Virus record (IMG/VR): IMGVR_UViG_3300017963_000059
Span: 1 to 56,328 of that record
DNA length: 56,328 nucleotides
DNA from: a virus
Taxonomy: Duplodnaviria > Caudoviricetes
Direction: 5' to 3' (one strand)
Shown here: positions 53,541 through 56,328 of the stretch, in pieces
How positions within the stretch are numbered: the stretch's first letter is position 1
Layout of the letters: each line of letters starts with the position of its first letter
Position numbers and translations under genes: made by a program
Notes under the pieces: generated by a model
Databases searched by the model: none
What the model saw: the letters and a program-made list of their open reading frames with translations, nothing else
Told to the model about the DNA's origin: nothing

Positions 53541-54605
53541 GTGGTTCCTATCTGTGAGATATGCTGGCAGGCTGAGAACAGCCTTGAACTAAAAAGGTGG
53601 AGCAGACATGAGATTAACGAGCTTCCCGATGAAGCGTTCGCGGTTATAGAACCGGCTTATGCGAAAGGCGAGACCAGAAACAAAAACGCCCGTCATTTAC
53701 CGCATCATCTTAAGAGTGTAAGGCGGGGCAGAGATTCACATGACAATATCGATGAGGCGCATATCAGAAATGCTTTATCGCTGGTGTCGCAAATAACTCC
53801 GGTAACCAATTCCATAGAGCCGTCGAGGTTAAGGCAGTTGGCGCGGGAGCATTTGAATAAGCATTCGCTTGATTTAAGTCTTAGCGCCAAAGAAACGAAG
53901 GGTACTTCACAATCGATGTCGCTGACGGCGGAGATGGCCGCAGACAGCAGGATTCAATTGCCTAAGGGGATTGAGTTGGTTGAGGGAAGTAGTGCACTCA
54001 AGATGACGCTGGTAGGATCGCTGTTAAAAACCGATATTTCCGGATTTGATAAAGCGCGCTTGCAGGCGGATGGAGAGAAGCCGTTTATCGATAGCATAGA
54101 ACCGCAGGAAAGCGATTTTATACTGGTTGATTTCAGGGCGATCTCCAAATCTATTCTTCCGGATTACTGGCTGAATTTTACAAAGGGTGATGTACTGAAG
54201 AACTCTTTGGGGATGTACAAAAACAAACCGGTATTTTTAAACCATCGCAAAGAAGTCGGCAAGGAAGTGGGGGTGGTTATCGAAGAACGGTGGGACGAAA
54301 CCGGAAATCCGGAGGGTATAAACACCAGATTTAAAATCGACGCTGTCGCTAATCCTCGAACCGCCAGAAGCCTATTATCCAAACCACCGTTAATCGGAAG
54401 TGATTCAATATCTTTTCATTTCGATTGGGAGAAGTCTCATCCGGATTTAGACGGGTATGAATTTTGGGAGAACCTGGGCAGGAAGGTTGATGGCGAGCTG
54501 GTAACAATTGATGTTACGGAAATGCTGCGGATTTTAGAGGTCTCGCTGGTATATGCCGGAGGCGATCCGGACGCAGTAATCAAGGGAGTTGTAAAGGCAA
54601 ATTAG
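53541..54605 (+). CDS. Prohead maturation protease with a DUF6582-like N-terminal domain
   Basis: PVFLNH, SDSISF and EVSLVYAGGDP protease motifs; N-terminal LPDEAFA...DEAHIRNAL. Confidence 0.75.
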   Translation: MVPICEICWQAENSLELKRWSRHEINELPDEAFAVIEPAYAKGETRNKNARHLPHHLKSVRRGRDSHDNIDEAHIRNALSLVSQITPVTNSIEPSRLRQLAREHLNKHSLDLSLSAKETKGTSQSMSLTAEMAADSRIQLPKGIELVEGSSALKMTLVGSLLKTDISGFDKARLQADGEKPFIDSIEPQESDFILVDFRAISKSILPDYWLNFTKGDVLKNSLGMYKNKPVFLNHRKEVGKEVGVVIEERWDETGNPEGINTRFKIDAVANPRTARSLLSKPPLIGSDSISFHFDWEKSHPDLDGYEFWENLGRKVDGELVTIDVTEMLRILEVSLVYAGGDPDAVIKGVVKAN

Positions 54606-54652
54606 ATAACCGGATAAAAGGGAAATTAAGATTTAACGAATAAGGAGAAATT

Positions 54653-55213
54653 ATGGGAGTTGGAAATATTCCAAGAACCGAAGCATCTGAACTGAGTAAT
54701 TTGGTTACCGATCTGAACAGCCTGAAAACATTGGTGAATGCGCTGAAGGCATCGCTTAATGCGCATATAGGCATGACCGGGGCGCATTTCAAGGTGGACG
54801 CTGATAATGTCATAGCCGCAGACGATGCGACAGATCAGGCGACGGCAATCACCTTGGCCAACGAACTGAAAGCTGATTATGACCTCCATAGAGCGAATGC
54901 ATATGGTCATATAGTCGCGGACTCCACAAACGATGTTACCTCAGCTGATGCCGATGATGAAGCTTCGTTAGTGACGCTGGTTAATGAAATCAAAGCGGAT
55001 TTCAATGCCCATAGGACGCATGCCGGGCATATCGCATCGGATACCGCCAATGAAATCACAACCGCTGATGCGACGGATGCAGCTTCAGCGATTACATTGG
55101 CGAACGATATCAAAGTGAAGTATTCGGCGCATCTTCTGCTTGTAGCAGAACATATCGTGCCGGACTCGACAAACACGGTGGCGACGGCAAATGCGGCGGT
55201 ATTAACCAGTTAG
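54653..55213 (+). CDS. Head-region helical repeat protein with regularly spaced His pairs
   Basis: Four repeats of about 40 aa, each of the form (AITL)xN(E/D)xKxxxxxH-x5-6-H. Confidence 0.65.
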   Translation: MGVGNIPRTEASELSNLVTDLNSLKTLVNALKASLNAHIGMTGAHFKVDADNVIAADDATDQATAITLANELKADYDLHRANAYGHIVADSTNDVTSADADDEASLVTLVNEIKADFNAHRTHAGHIASDTANEITTADATDAASAITLANDIKVKYSAHLLLVAEHIVPDSTNTVATANAAVLTS

Positions 55214-55266
55214 AAAGCCGAAAATTAAAAATTAAAATAGAACCTTAAATTAAGAGGTGTAAGAAA

Positions 55267-55758
55267 ATGCCATTAACGAAATCAGTAATTAATTTTCTGG
55301 GAACTGACGCCCCTACCGATGATGACTGGAATCAGAAGGTAGAGGAGATGCTTTCCAGGAACGACACCCTGGAGACCGAAAACCAAGGTCTTCTGGAAGA
55401 GAAGAAAGAGCTTCAGGGGTCCGTCGAGGAACTCGAGGAGTTGAAGCCAAGCGCGGAACTCGGTGATAAGTATCTGGCGGATACGCGGGAAGCGGCGCTG
55501 GTGGCCTACAAAAAGGCCAGAGGCGATGAAGCTTCAGAGGCGATGGAGAAAACCATCCAAAGCGCGGGGCTGGAGGAAGCCAAGGCTTTGAAGGAAGAGT
55601 TCGAAGCTGAAGTGGAGAAAAAGTTCCCGCTGAAATGTGAAGCTTGCGGAGTTATCGCTTCACTATCGCGAAGGTCTTCCGTGGAAGGCGATCCCGAAAG
55701 CGAGGGCGAAAGTTTCGATGAGAGTGAATACAAACTTGAGGATAAGAAGGAGGAATAA
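55267..55758 (+). CDS. Putative scaffolding protein
   Basis: Acidic coiled coil, CEAC motif, located between protease and decoration genes. Confidence 0.6.
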   Translation: MPLTKSVINFLGTDAPTDDDWNQKVEEMLSRNDTLETENQGLLEEKKELQGSVEELEELKPSAELGDKYLADTREAALVAYKKARGDEASEAMEKTIQSAGLEEAKALKEEFEAEVEKKFPLKCEACGVIASLSRRSSVEGDPESEGESFDESEYKLEDKKEE

Positions 55759-56138
55759 TGGCGAATCCATTTACCGTAGGATTTAAAGGTATCGGGCAGC
55801 GTCTTGTATCGTTTTTATCGGCGCTGACCAAAGGTACCGACGAGGAAAAAGTGGTTCGGCTGCATGCCACTACGCCTAAGACGGTGACTTTACCGGCGGC
55901 GGAAGCCAAGTTCATGGGCGTCCTGAAACAGGTTGATGCCGCCGATGGGGTTGCTTCTGTCCAGGTTGAGGGATACGTTACGGTTCCTTATACGGGGACT
56001 ATTCCGGGTATCGGCCACAAAGAGCTTGTAGCCAATGGCGCGGGCGGAGTGAAGACACCGACAACGCCGGGTACCGGTATTTTTTACTGGGTTGTTGACG
56101 GCGACGCGACAGCGGGAACCATAACTTTCAAACTTTAA
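55758..56138 (+). CDS. Capsid decoration / cement protein
   Basis: 126 aa, Gly-rich beta protein (ASVQVEGYVTVPY, LVANGAGGVK) immediately before the capsid gene. Confidence 0.7.
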   Translation: MANPFTVGFKGIGQRLVSFLSALTKGTDEEKVVRLHATTPKTVTLPAAEAKFMGVLKQVDAADGVASVQVEGYVTVPYTGTIPGIGHKELVANGAGGVKTPTTPGTGIFYWVVDGDATAGTITFKL

Positions 56139-56178
56139 AGGATTATCATCAGTAGGTAATTTAAGGAGGAAAACATAA

Positions 56179-56328
56179 ATGCCACCCAAAATCATAGATC
56201 TAAAACCTGAAAAAGGGATGTATGCTGATGCGGCAACCCAAAATTTGACCCTCAGTGAGTTCCTGGCAAAACAGGAATTAGAGAAGGGTTTCGTTCCGTC
56301 AAAGGATACCGAGCTGGACGCTTATGAG
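56179..56328 (+). CDS. Major capsid protein, N-terminal part (continues at the start of the window)
   Basis: AAGGAGG RBS; MPPKIIDLKPEKGMYADAA is in frame with the 13..1008 ORF. Confidence 0.9.
   Translation, partial: MPPKIIDLKPEKGMYADAATQNLTLSEFLAKQELEKGFVPSKDTELDAYE
56206..56328. repeat. Terminal direct repeat, right copy
   Basis: Identical to 1-123. Confidence 0.97.

Overview
The window is an apparently complete, circular temperate phage genome of 56,205 bp. Positions 1-123 repeat exactly at 56206-56328, and the major capsid gene runs across that junction. The virion is a contractile-tailed (myovirus-type) particle. Gene order: capsid, neck, sheath, tube, frameshifted tail chaperone, tape measure and baseplate (1-14.2 kb); a lysis region interrupted by host-like exported cargo, namely a GHL15-like glycoside hydrolase and a DUF362 protein (14.2-20.1 kb); attP with a tRNA 3'-end core, a tyrosine integrase, lysogeny accessory genes and a CI/Cro-type switch with twin operators (21-25.3 kb); an early region with Sak-like, SbcCD, ParB, replication initiator, DnaB, JetD-like TOPRIM and CDC123-like ATP-grasp genes (25.5-45.5 kb); then a methyltransferase, ParB-N protein, amidoligase, terminase, portal-MuF fusion, protease and scaffold (45.9-56.2 kb). 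The most unusual signals lie outside the large ORFs. (i) A butt-joined array of four palindromes at 44313-44427, plus a covarying sibling at 41201, whose translations resemble palindrome-encoded segments I recall from RhuM, Bro-N and DinD proteins. (ii) A cassette of four structured RNAs at 31270-31705, including a tRNA-like RNA with a hugely expanded variable arm. (iii) Two further multibranch RNAs at 25383 and 45751. (iv) A fibronectin-III domain split across two tail genes by a small inserted ORF. All family assignments come from motif recognition and synteny; no database searches were run.
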